In this document: piece by piece, positions 38,769 to 48,909 of the stretch | How the letters are laid out: the number at the start of each line of letters is the position of its first letter | Numbering within the stretch: the first letter of the stretch is position 1 | Assembly: GCA_000165345.1 (NCBI GenBank) | Contig: CM000436.1 | Coordinates: 1,024,001 to 1,088,000, forward strand | DNA: 64,000 nucleotides | Direction: 5' to 3' | Position numbers and translations under genes: made by a program | The notes under the pieces: generated by a model | Database searches by the model: none | What the model saw: the letters and a program-made list of their open reading frames with translations, nothing else | What the model was told of the DNA's origin: nothing

Positions 38769-39839
38769 TTAGATCTTAGTGAATTTGGCTTGAATCCAAA
38801 CTCTTTGCATAGTAACTTGAGTTTTTCTATTAACAACTTCTCTAAGACAATAGTGATTTGAGATTACTTTGAATCCTGCATTAACAAATAAATTTTCAAT
38901 TTCTTCAATAGTAAAATAGTATGCGAATGTTCCATCATATCTAACATAAAAATTATCTGTGATTTTAGATTTACTTGATTTAGCAAATCTGAGTTGTGCC
39001 ATATCATACCTACCGTAATCTCTAAAAAGTAAAGTAGCTCCAGATTTCAGAGATTTTGAGCATCTTGTAATTACATCCTGGTGATGTTTTGGATGTATTG
39101 CAGATAATACAAAGATTAATAAGCCAAAATCTGCAAAACTTTCGGGACAAATATATGTTGGTATATCAGAATGTACTATATCAAATACAAATCCTCTAAA
39201 TCTAGTGCATGGCTTATCTGAATCTTTTAAACAATTAAATGGACATATTTTTGAATTTTTTTCATTATTTTCATTATTTTCAAGATTAGCCAAAATCTTA
39301 TTCCATCTTTCTTCAAATAAAGAAATTGCTCTTGAAGAACAATCAAATCCAATACAATGTAAATCCTTTGAAATTTGTAATAATGGTATTAAAGAATTAC
39401 CTACTCCACATCCAAATTCAATTAATACTTTAGGATTCATATCATCTGATATATTTGTACTATTAGAAATTAACTCTTTAAACTCCTTATCTATCCAATG
39501 TCTATCTAGAAAGAAGTTTATATTATTTCTTTTATAAAACTTATCCCAATTCTTTACAGATTCCTTTATATATTTGTCTATTAAAAAGTTAAACCAATAT
39601 TAATTACATTCAATTTTTTTTAATTTCTATTTAACTCACCTTTCCAAAATTCTGTAATTGTATCTTTATCTGAATTAATAATTTCTTGAGCTTTACTTAT
39701 TATATCCTCAGTTAATTCAAATTTTCGAACTTATTATTTAAGTTAATATTCCCCACTTTTTTTAAAATAATATTATAAACTTACCTACTTCACTGTCATA
39801 GAAATCTAAATTTCCATCCTTAATTGACTGAGCTTCCAT
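38769..39839 (-). CDS. METTL2/METTL6-like tRNA m3C methyltransferase, 3 exons
   Basis: Exons are 39839..39785, 39729..39640, 39577..38769. Introns run GTAAGT..AAG and GTGAGT..TAG. The spliced N-terminus gives WDKFYK..FFLDRHW. Motif I LIEFGCGVGN. CIGFDCSSRAI and the C-terminal NFYVRYDGTFAYYFTIEEIENLFVNAGF are all METTL2/6 hallmarks. The track shows only the 3' exon. Confidence 0.7.
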
Positions 39840-40116
39840 AATTACTTTAATTTCAAGATCTTTAGTCAAATCTAAGCTTATTCTTTGTTACCTCCCTTTT
39901 AATATATATATATATATCTATTTTTTAATATATTGAATATTGTGCAAAGTATTAAAAAAAAAAAAAAGAAAGAAGTCCTTATTCTAAACTTTTAAAAATC
40001 GAAATAAAAACTCAAAACCTCTTCCATTAATCACTAAACTTTTCCAATAGACTTAATATAGGAAATCCCATGAATTACTTCTTCAATGTTTTTCTTAATA
40101 CTAAGCGTTTAAAAAA

Positions 40117-40130
40117 GTTGGCGCCAAAAG
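40117..40130. promoter_or_regulatory. palindromic E2F-like site GTTGGCGCCAAAAG (divergent METTL/KRI1 promoter)
   Basis: Lies between starts 39839(-) and 40395(+). Confidence 0.45.
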
Positions 40131-40394
40131 TCAAATCAAGAATTTATTTTATATATTAAATAATAATTAAAAAGGTAATTTGAGGATTGAAATAAATATT
40201 AATAAATTGAGTTTTTTTTCTGCTTTTCAAGCAAAAGGGTATAGTTTTAGTAAATATTGTATATATTTTACTTTTGTTATTCCTTGAATTGTATGAACTA
40301 TTGCTTTCTAAAGAAAGCTTTAATAGGAAAATCAGGATCTGGGAAGGAATTGGGAAATATATAGAAATATTAAAACATAATTAAAAGTATTAAA

Positions 40395-42431
40395 ATGAAG
40401 GATTTATTAGATTCAGATGGAGAATCTGGAAATCTCCATGATACCAATACTTTAAAGATTAATGAAGATTACAAAAGAAAATATGATGAAAGAAAGAGAA
40501 AAGAAGCTTTATCAAAAGCAAAAGAACTATTAAAAAATGATAGAGAAGGAGAAGATGATGATGAGAGCTATTCTGAGTCAGATTCATCAGATGAAGATGA
40601 GGATTCTGATGCAGAACTTTTGGACTTAAAGACTCAAAATAAAATACTTGAAACTTTGGATAAAATAAAAAAGAAGGATCCTAGCATTTATGATAACTCG
40701 CATGTAATATTTCCAGATTCATCGGATGAATCTGATGATTCTAATGAATCTGATATAAAATCAAGTAATTCTAATACCCAAAAAAATAGTAAACCAATGA
40801 CTTTTAAAGATTACGAAAGAGAGATTTTATTAAAATCTCAAAATGATGAAGAAGATAATGAAATAGTTAAAAAAGGAATATCTAAGAAATTAGGTTATGA
40901 TAAGGAACAAGATGAGCTAAAGAAAGCATTTCTTAAAGCAGCAGAAGGATTAGATGAAAGTGAAGACGAGTTATTTTCTGGAACTCTGATTAAGAAAGAT
41001 AAAAGTAAGGAAGAGCTTGAAGAAGAAGAAAGAAATTTTAAATCATTCCTTACACGTAATATAGAGGAAGGAGGAGATCCAATAGAATCTTTAAATAGAT
41101 ATTGGGGTCCTGAGGAAGATTTGGATGAAAATGAAAAGTTTTTAAGAAATTATATATTAAATCAAGAATGGAAAGAATCCAATAGTCAGAAAAGAATTAA
41201 TGATGAAAACTCATCAAGTTATACAATTCAGACAGAAATGGACGAAGAAGAAGATGAGAAACATTTGGAATTATCAAATGAATTTGAAGGTATATATAAT
41301 TTTAGATACGAAGAACCAGGAGCTAACCAACAGATTATGGGATACTCTAGAGATATATCATCCCTAAGAAGGCCAGATGAACGTAGAAAACTGAAAAGAA
41401 AAGAAAAAAAAGAGAGAAAAGCTGAGGAAAAGCTTAGAATGGAGGAGGAATTAAAGGTTTTAAAGAGTATGAAGAGGAAGGAAATTATTGAAAAGCTTAA
41501 AAAGATTCAAGAAGTTTCAGGAATTAGCTGTATTTCAGATGAAAAGTTGGATTTGGAAGGAGATTTTGATCCTGATAAACATGATAAATATATGGAGGAG
41601 CTCTTTGATGATGATTATAATGAAAAGAAGGAAGATCTTTCATTATGTGAGATTTTGGAAAATAATGATGAAGGATTGAATGAATTAAGTGATGGGAATA
41701 TAAAAAATGAGAAAGAGGCCAAAAAACATAAAAAGAAGCTTTTAATGAAAGAAAACCAATTAAATGACGAATCAGAAATAAAACCACCATCTACTTATGA
41801 AGATGATGACTATGTATGGTGGCAATGTGATGGTTGTTTGAAAGAGATTCTTCCAAATAAGAAAAAATTTGATTGTAAAGTTTGTGAGAACTTTACTCTT
41901 TGTAAGTCTTGTTGTAGAAATACCAACCACGAGCATCCTCTTGAAAAGAGTCGTGTACCAGAGCCAATTAATAAAGAATTTAATGATAATGAAGAAGCGG
42001 AAATTGATGAAATGACCAGTTCTAACAGGCTGAATTTGAGATATGGAGACAATGAAAAGATTAATAGTTTGTTGGATGAATATTATAGTCTCCATTTTGA
42101 AGATGTTTTAGACAATGGTAAGATGCCAGTTAGATTTAAGTATACAAATGTCGAAAAGAATGACTATGGACTTAGTGTTGAAGATATTTTATCAATGGAT
42201 GATAAAGCATTGAATCAACATATTTCTTTAAAGAAGCTGGCTCCATATAGGGTTGATAAGAAGAGAAAGTATTCACCACCAGTAAATACTTCAAATGAAG
42301 CAAAATCTTCGAATAATATGAACAAGAAGCATCATAATAAGGGTAATAAATTCAAACGAAGTTATTCAAATAATAAGAATTCATTAAATACATCCCATAT
42401 TAATAAGCATCGTCTTGAATCTTACTATTAA
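40395..42431 (+). CDS. KRI1: KRI1 ribosome-biogenesis protein homolog carrying an embedded ZZ-type zinc finger
   Basis: Acidic Ser/Asp N-terminus. FRYEEPGANQ motif. C-terminal KRI1 domain LNQHISLKKLAPYRVDKKRKY. Between them sits WWQCDGCLKEILPNKKKFDCKVCENFTLCKSCCRNTNHEHP, matching the ZZ finger pattern C-x2-C...C-x2-C...H-x-H. Confidence 0.65.
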   Translation: MKDLLDSDGESGNLHDTNTLKINEDYKRKYDERKRKEALSKAKELLKNDREGEDDDESYSESDSSDEDEDSDAELLDLKTQNKILETLDKIKKKDPSIYDNSHVIFPDSSDESDDSNESDIKSSNSNTQKNSKPMTFKDYEREILLKSQNDEEDNEIVKKGISKKLGYDKEQDELKKAFLKAAEGLDESEDELFSGTLIKKDKSKEELEEEERNFKSFLTRNIEEGGDPIESLNRYWGPEEDLDENEKFLRNYILNQEWKESNSQKRINDENSSSYTIQTEMDEEEDEKHLELSNEFEGIYNFRYEEPGANQQIMGYSRDISSLRRPDERRKLKRKEKKERKAEEKLRMEEELKVLKSMKRKEIIEKLKKIQEVSGISCISDEKLDLEGDFDPDKHDKYMEELFDDDYNEKKEDLSLCEILENNDEGLNELSDGNIKNEKEAKKHKKKLLMKENQLNDESEIKPPSTYEDDDYVWWQCDGCLKEILPNKKKFDCKVCENFTLCKSCCRNTNHEHPLEKSRVPEPINKEFNDNEEAEIDEMTSSNRLNLRYGDNEKINSLLDEYYSLHFEDVLDNGKMPVRFKYTNVEKNDYGLSVEDILSMDDKALNQHISLKKLAPYRVDKKRKYSPPVNTSNEAKSSNNMNKKHHNKGNKFKRSYSNNKNSLNTSHINKHRLESYY

Positions 42432-42657
42432 TTTTATATGATTAAATTATAAGAATGGTTTGAATCTTGTTAATCATATTTTATTTGTCTAATATTGTAA
42501 AGATTTGATGAAATATTTACCATTCATATTCCTCATTATTAGTGTTTTTAAAGTTAATTTATAAGTATTATTTATATTTTAAAAAAAAACCAACTTGTTT
42601 CTTTTTAAATAAGTGTTATTTAATAATCAGTTAATACTTGTTTATTATTGACTAATA

Positions 42658-43740
42658 TTATACAACTTTTTCACCATTCACAGTAATTTGAGGATTAAAC
42701 CCAAGTGAATCTTTAACAACAACATGTTGGTTTCCTTTGGATTTCAACCAATTAACAACATTAGACTGTACATTTCCTGCCATTTGAATTTGTTTCCTTG
42801 CAATTTGTTCAATCCATCTTTAAATTTTAATAATTAGTAAGAAAATAAAATGATATAAACTTGAAATATAAATATACTACATATACTTACCTTAAATCTT
42901 TTGTAGTAAGTGCAGGTACTCCTAATGAAGAATCTGATAATCCAGTATTTTCTATAGTACCCATATTTTTTGAGAATGTAATTCCACTATTCTTGCAGAA
43001 TATCTGAGTAATTATCAAATAAGTTAATATGATAATTTTGTATAAATTTGAATTAATTCAAATAAATAAAAAAAACTTACAGCTTCTGTCAACTTATTCA
43101 TCATTTCGTTTCTCTCTTCGTCAGACTTTGCACACATAACTACAGGTGATCCATCGAAATACATTCTGAAACATTTTCTGCTATTTTGAACAGATTCCAA
43201 AGGAACCTCAATTTTATTAAGTGAGAAACTTCTTACAAGGCTTTCTGGATTTTTTAGGTCTGTCATAAATAATAAATCATCCTTAGTAATTTTTACTCCA
43301 AGAAGATCGACATCGAAAATATTTCTTGGATCCAAAGCTAAAGCTAATTCACCTGAAATCATTACAGAACAGACAGGATCTCTTGGTGAATCAACTACTG
43401 GCATACTAGTAACAACATCTCTTTGCTTTAATTTATTATTTGTAGCATCATTCATTGCTTTTTGGTAAACTGAAACAGCTGATGAAACTGCTTCACTATA
43501 AAGCTTTTCAGAATCTTTCTGGCTTATCTGGGATTTACCTTCCCCAATTACTGATACTGGTTCGACATTTGCACCGATTATTTTTCTTGCAGTTTGTATT
43601 AAAGTTGTGATTGTACCAGGTAAAAATTGTGGCTCTAATAAACCAAAATCTGATGTTGAACGGGTTAATCTTGCATGAGCATATTGGCTCAATCCTGCTA
43701 TTGATAGTAAATTAATCAAAAAGAAAATTCTCATTTTCAT
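42658..43740 (-). CDS. hypothetical secreted protein, 3 exons
   Basis: Exons are 43740..43081, 43003..42891, 42817..42658. Both donors are GTAAGT; acceptors are CAG and AAG. Signal peptide MKMRIFFLINLLSIAGLSQYAHA. No family recognised. Confidence 0.5.
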
Positions 43741-44397
43741 TATTTCTTTTTTTTTCTAGATTAAACTATATCAAATACTCTCTTCTTTGATTAATAATTA
43801 ATTTTTTTTCTCTGTAGAATATTATTATTATTCTACAATTCCATCCGAATTAATTAATCACAATTTTTTTTTCTTTAGTTATGTGTTATTTTAATTAAAT
43901 TGCATTATAATTAATTTATCGACATTTTTTAATGATTTTTTGGTGCATGTAATTGATGACGTCATTTTTTTTTTTTAAATTGAATTACGTCATTTTATCC
44001 ACATAAATATATACCGGTATTACATACATGCAAAAAATTATTATTCATAATACAATTTTTGCGCATGCAAAAAAAAAATGCAAGTTTGCTAATTTAGTCC
44101 ACATGAAATTGCATGCAAGTTTTTTAAGCTTAAAGAGATAAATAGAAAGAATTAAAAAAAAAATAATTGTTTTTGCATGTATATGCAAAGCCGGTATTCA
44201 ATAAAAGTCAGAAAATGAAAATTCATGCATAAATACATGTAAAAAAAAAATACATTTATGCATACAAGAAAGGAGTAATTCGTGATAATCTAAATTAAAT
44301 CAAAACAAGGGTATTTTCAAAATAATCTTCTTGTTATTTAATATTTAAAAAAATTATCAAATAAATAAAAAAGGTATTTAATTTTGAAAGAAGAATT
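43741..44397. promoter_or_regulatory. divergent promoter densely packed with TGCATGCA-type (ApiAP2-like) motifs plus ATACCGGTAT, TTATCCACAT and TGACGTCA
   Basis: At least 8 GCATGCA/CATGCA copies (44030-44265). ATACCGGTAT at 44011-44020 and 44189-44198. TTATCCACAT at 43995-44004. TGACGTCATTTT at 43954-43967 and ACGTCATTTT at 43987-43996. Confidence 0.5.
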
Positions 44398-45742
44398 ATG
44401 GTGAAATTATCAAATTTAAAAAAGGCTATTTTACTTTTGGGTTGCATTGGAATGAGTAATGCCTTGACAGTTTTTCATTTAACCAATCCATTCGATTTAT
44501 TACAAGGATTGAGTCATGTTAAGCTTGAGAGAACTACAGAATTACCAGTTTCTCATAAAACTTTGAGGTTTTTACAAGAAAAAATTAAGTCATTTTCTGT
44601 TGATGGGGATAATGTAGCAAAAGAAGCTATTCAAGGTATTAGTTCAACAACAGGAGTCAACTTCAAAACTACTCCTTTATCACAAGAAGCTTTTAAATTA
44701 CAAAGCAATACATTATTTGCTGAAGCTGCTGAAAAGAGAAAGGTTGCTAAATATTTACAAGAGCAAAGTGGAATGACTGAAACTGAACTCACACAGGCAG
44801 AAATTGATCCAAAGAAGAATCCAGAAAAAGCTGCTGCTATCACAAATATGAAACGTGCTAAGGTACTTCTTGCTCAGGCTTATATTTTAGAAGGTAAGGT
44901 TTTATATTTAAACAAAAAATTAATAAGGTGAATAGAAGAAATCAAATAATGTATTTATATTTCTATTCCTCTTTATTGACAAATAAATCAGAAAGTTATT
45001 AACTTAATCTTTTCACCCTAATTTAAATTATAATTAATATAGAGGAAGCTAAAAGAATGCAATTAGCTTCCACTAGAAGTGGAAACAACGAAAGCTTTAA
45101 ATGCGATATTCTCAAGATTGGCCCTCTTGCATTTGCTCCAAATAGTGAAGAAATTACTGATATTATGGATGGATCTCTTGGATTCTTGAATGGTAATATG
45201 TTATCAATTTACTACAACTCAGTAAGTTTATTCTTGATTTCTTCTTTTCTATTCAATATTTAATTCATCATTATCATTCTTGAAATTTAAAGATTCCAAA
45301 AGCATCATTTTCATTAGAAAGTATTGAACTACCAGTTCATAATGTTGACGCTGCTCCAGGATGTATTGGCTTTAAATACCATGGAACAGACCAAATTATT
45401 TGTGCTACAGGAAAAGATAGTCAATCTGCATGGATTAATGCAATCACTGAAGCATGGTTTTGCAGAAACTTAGGTTTAGCAGGAACTTTACCATCAATTT
45501 CTGATAATCAGAGTAAGTTTACAAAAAAAAACCTTAATAATTTGAACCTTTATATTCACCTATTATTATTAATAGAAGAAGAAGAACAAGAAGAAGGTGA
45601 GACTGAAGAAAATGAGGAAAATAGTGACAAGAAACAAAAAGAAAACAAAAAGAAAAAGAAATCATCAAGACTAGTCAGATCTTCAGTAAAAACATTCACT
45701 GTCGAATTAGAAGATGGAAAACCAAAAATTACTCAAAACTAA
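44398..45742 (+). CDS. hypothetical signal-peptide protein with PH-like domain and charged tail, 4 exons
   Basis: Exons are 44398..44893, 45043..45221, 45293..45512, 45576..45742. Donors are GTAAGG, GTAAGT, GTAAGT; acceptors are TAG, AAG, TAG. The four track ORFs sit in three different frames and are joined in phase by these introns. N-terminal h-region AILLLGCIGMSNA. C-terminal EEEEQEEGETEE..KKKKK. Confidence 0.5.
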
Positions 45743-45954
45743 GAGGGAGGGAAGAAAGAAAAAAACGAGATGAGCATTTACATTAATACCAAACAATAAA
45801 TAATACAAATTTTTTTGCATGTAAATGAATCTATAGTTTATTATTATAATTATTAATGATACAAACAGAAATTAACACTATTATATGATTAACAAATAAT
45901 TAATTTGTATCTTCTGTAATATGATCAAAACAAACTATTTTTTACTAATACAAC

Positions 45955-46581
45955 TTATTCATCATTTGATCCTATCTTCATGTTTGCAAGTTGTTGTAAA
46001 GCAAGTGTATCGGAAATAGACATGCTACCGAATCTAACAGGTGCAAAAGATATTGATGATTCTCTTTGAATTGGGCTAGAAACCTCGAAACTTGCATTAA
46101 AATCTTCATTTGGCTCATCATAGTGCTCAGTTTTTGACTTAATGGGAATATTAGTCTCGTCTGAATCACTCTTATCTTTATGTTTGAGACCTCTTTTAAA
46201 CTTCGCAACCGCTTCAAATTGAGCTCTTACATGTTGTAATGTTACACGTCTTCTAGATACCATTGCAGCTAATCTTGCTCTTTGTTTATAAGCATCCACT
46301 ACCTCCTCTTTAGTGTGTGCTAGTGATTGCTGCCTAACTAAATAAGAACGCTCTATGGCTCCTTTCAAACCACCTGAATTGCTAAAACTGATATTTCTTA
46401 GCAATTCACGAGTATTTTGATTAATTATTTGTCTTGTTTCCTCTGGTAACTGTGTTTCATCAAACTCTATATTACTCTCAAACGGAATCAACTTCTTATG
46501 AATCTCTTCATCAAGCTGAGAATCCTCAGCTTCTTCTGAAGCCATCAGCTGTTCTCCATATTCGTTTACTCCATTATCCAT
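45955..46581 (-). CDS. hypothetical acidic protein
   Basis: 208-aa ATG ORF, no motif recognised. Confidence 0.35.
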   Translation of the reverse strand: MDNGVNEYGEQLMASEEAEDSQLDEEIHKKLIPFESNIEFDETQLPEETRQIINQNTRELLRNISFSNSGGLKGAIERSYLVRQQSLAHTKEEVVDAYKQRARLAAMVSRRRVTLQHVRAQFEAVAKFKRGLKHKDKSDSDETNIPIKSKTEHYDEPNEDFNASFEVSSPIQRESSISFAPVRFGSMSISDTLALQQLANMKIGSNDE

Positions 46582-46975
46582 TTAATTTAATTCCCTAATT
46601 TTTTTTTCCCAAAATTGGTCTTTCTGAATTGTTTCTTTACAATTTCCCCCTTGAATCTACTCCCTTTATTATCCTAAGGTCTTAAATTCGTTGTCAGTAT
46701 TTTTTTTCTATTCAAACAATAATCTATTCAATAACGACTTCTTCGCACAATTTTACAACCTAAAGTCAATTCATGACCCGACTACTCCATAAACACACTT
46801 CCCAAGTCGCACTTAGACATGGGCACAAACAGACCTACAGGCAGAGGAGATAAAGTACCTCAGTAACCGCAATATCATGGCGGCACCCGGATATGAAAGC
46901 CGCCAAAATGGCGGCGGGCGAATTCTGCCGCCGCCTTTCGTAGACGGCAGAACCTACAAGCTTTAAAGGAGAGAC

Positions 46976-47280
46976 AGAGACAAAAAGGAAACATCGGGCC
47001 ACTCCCTTTTCCTTCGGCCGTTCAGAATCATCCACACCGCTCGGAGTTCCAACCCAAGAAACTCCGCTGGGTCATCAATGCCGTGCAAGCATACATAAGC
47101 GCATTATCTGGACCAACTTAAACTCCAAAGGAGATAAGAGGAACCAGATAAGAGCAGAGTAGAAACAGGCTACGCTTCCCGTTTCCGGCGGGATGGATAA
47201 CTCATCGTCACGGACAGAGGTGTTGTCAAGAGCTGTAGCCCAATACGATCGGATTCACTATAGAAATGATCCCGTTCGAG
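46976..47280 (-). ncRNA. U3: U3 small nucleolar RNA (box C/D)
   Basis: The minus strand reads ...GUCGACUGUACUCGAACGGGAUCAUUUCUAUAGUGAAUCC. That covers the 5' GACUNUACU element and the invariant box A GGGAUCAUUUCUAUAGU (47246-47262). Downstream are box C UUGAUGACC (47059-47067), a 7-bp hairpin CGGAGUU/AACUCCG, box D CUGA (47011-47014), then UUUCCUUUUU. TTATAC sits at -30 and a GGTCCAAT repeat lies upstream. The 3' end is uncertain: either about 47005 or the T-run at 46971. Confidence 0.75.
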
Positions 47281-47638
47281 TACAGTCGACATTGGACCGT
47301 TGAATTGGAAAAAGGTATAATCCGGTACTGCACGTTTTGGTGATGGTTCTCGAAGAGAATTATACGTATTGGACCGCATTATGTTAGAAGAAAAGTAATG
47401 TAATGTCTTTGACAAATTTCTTTAAGTTGAAAAGCTTATTGATTAGCAACAGGACTGCATGTAGTTAGTAAATTTCATAAATCATAGAATAAAAGGGGAT
47501 AAAATAGAAGGAATAGGAAATATTATGTCATCAATTTAAGTTAGAATAAGGTAGAAATTAGAAATAACAAATGTTGATTACTTATTATAGACTATATCTA
47601 AATGCAGTAGAGATATTTAGAACTAAATAGGCTGAGTT

Positions 47639-48544
47639 TTACTCCTTCTTCTTAATAGGTCTATAAACCCCAATAACTACAGCATGATCTCTATGATAAG
47701 GTTCAAGAGTAAGCTGTTCCTTTGGTTTACATTTTTCGGCTCTTAGTTTATCTATTTCAGATGCAAAAACAGCCTCTGGTTTTGCAGTAGAATCTACGCA
47801 ACTTGCCTTAATAGATATTATAAAGTATCCATTATTCTTAAGGAAAAGATGAGCATTTAAAGCTACTATACGAGCTTGGTCAGGCTGGGCAACATCAGAA
47901 AAGATAACATCGACCATTGGAACAAGCATTCTATACTTTTGAGGAGTTCTTGCATCCTCTACAATAGGAACAATATTCTGACGTCTTTTAGCCATATCTG
48001 TCAAATCTCTTCCAGATCTGTGACTAAACTCTACAGCATAAACACTACCTTCCGGGCCGACCATATCTGATACATGAGAAACTGTTGTTCCATTAGCTGC
48101 TCCCAAGTATAATACCTTTGCTCCTGGTTTAATTGGCATATTAGCAACACCTCCAATAATAGTTGCTCCCAACTTCGATCTAAATGGATTCCAAACACGG
48201 TATTCAATCTTTTCATTAGTCTCAGGATCTGTTGTCTCTACTCTTTTTTCACCATAAATTGAAACACCTGGTACCATATTTCTGGTTACTAATGCATCAC
48301 TCTTACCTTTTGCCATAAAAACACCTTCATGTCTGTGAGGAACAATTATTACTTTTGACCCTCCCTTCATTCCTCCACCTCCTCCTCTACCTCCTTTACC
48401 TCCACCTCTTCCTCTACCTCCACCTGGACTTCTTCCTCCTCCACCTCGGCCTCCACCCGGACTTCTACCTCCACCTCCTCTTCCTCCACCTCTCCCTCCT
48501 CCACCTCGGCCTCTTCCTCCAAATGGACTGCCTCTTGAACTCAT
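47639..48544 (-). CDS. NOP1: fibrillarin (Nop1), box C/D snoRNP 2'-O-methyltransferase
   Basis: N-terminal GAR domain ([13 protein letters not shown]...). The methyltransferase core aligns throughout with fibrillarin ([66 protein letters not shown]). Confidence 0.95.
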   Translation of the reverse strand: MSSRGSPFGGRGRGGGGRGGGRGGGGRSPGGGRGGGGRSPGGGRGRGGGKGGRGGGGGMKGGSKVIIVPHRHEGVFMAKGKSDALVTRNMVPGVSIYGEKRVETTDPETNEKIEYRVWNPFRSKLGATIIGGVANMPIKPGAKVLYLGAANGTTVSHVSDMVGPEGSVYAVEFSHRSGRDLTDMAKRRQNIVPIVEDARTPQKYRMLVPMVDVIFSDVAQPDQARIVALNAHLFLKNNGYFIISIKASCVDSTAKPEAVFASEIDKLRAEKCKPKEQLTLEPYHRDHAVVIGVYRPIKKKE

Positions 48545-48896
48545 ATTTATTCTCTACTCTTGGCTTTTTTTTTCACTATTATTCTATCCTTGAGTTTTCT
48601 TTGTCAATACCTGACTTTTTCAATTTCCCTTTATCGCATCCCTTTTTGACTATATATAAATACTTATCCCGTTTTGGCGGCACGTGGCTGTCTCCAGTAT
48701 ATTAATATTTACTAAGGGGAGAAAAAAAAATGGAATTTTACATCACTTTAAATTCCTATCTTTATTTTTATTATCCAGATCTCTTTTTATTTAGGCCAAG
48801 TCCTTCGCTTTCTCCTACCTTTTCCTTCCTTTTATCTCTTCTCCTTCCTTTTTATTCAACAAATCTCATTTCTTCAATATTACGCTGATCTCAACC

Positions 48897-48909
48897 TTTT
48901 TGGCGCCAA
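48897..48909. promoter_or_regulatory. E2F-like site TTTTGGCGCCAAT (divergent fibrillarin/USP promoter)
   Basis: A second site TTTTGGCGGCACGTGG lies at 48672-48687. Confidence 0.4.

Noticed and set aside
46745-46754. CAACCUAAAG as a telomerase RNA template
   Set aside because: A single 8-nt match to a TTTAGG-type repeat is within chance expectation for 64 kb. No other TER features (pseudoknot, CR4/5) could be verified by eye. Kept only as a remark under the GC-rich element finding.
46956-46990. ACAGAGA (U6-like) and GGAAACAUCGGGCC (RNase P/MRP CR-I-like GNAANNUC) on the plus strand
   Set aside because: The invariant U6 neighbours (AGAUUAGCAUGGCCCCUGCGCAAGGAUGACACGCA) are absent. No complementary CR-V partner for a P4 helix. 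The segment is the antisense of the U3 3' tail.
47173-47195. SRP-RNA helix-8-like CCGGAAACGGGAAGCG on the minus strand
   Set aside because: It lies inside U3 between box A and box C. No Alu-domain or helix-5 features around it.
46835-47415. Two short minus-strand ORFs (66 and 81 aa) in the GC-rich island
   Set aside because: They overlap the U3 snoRNA, whose box A, C and D are all present. Composition-driven ORFs in GC-rich sequence; no protein motif.
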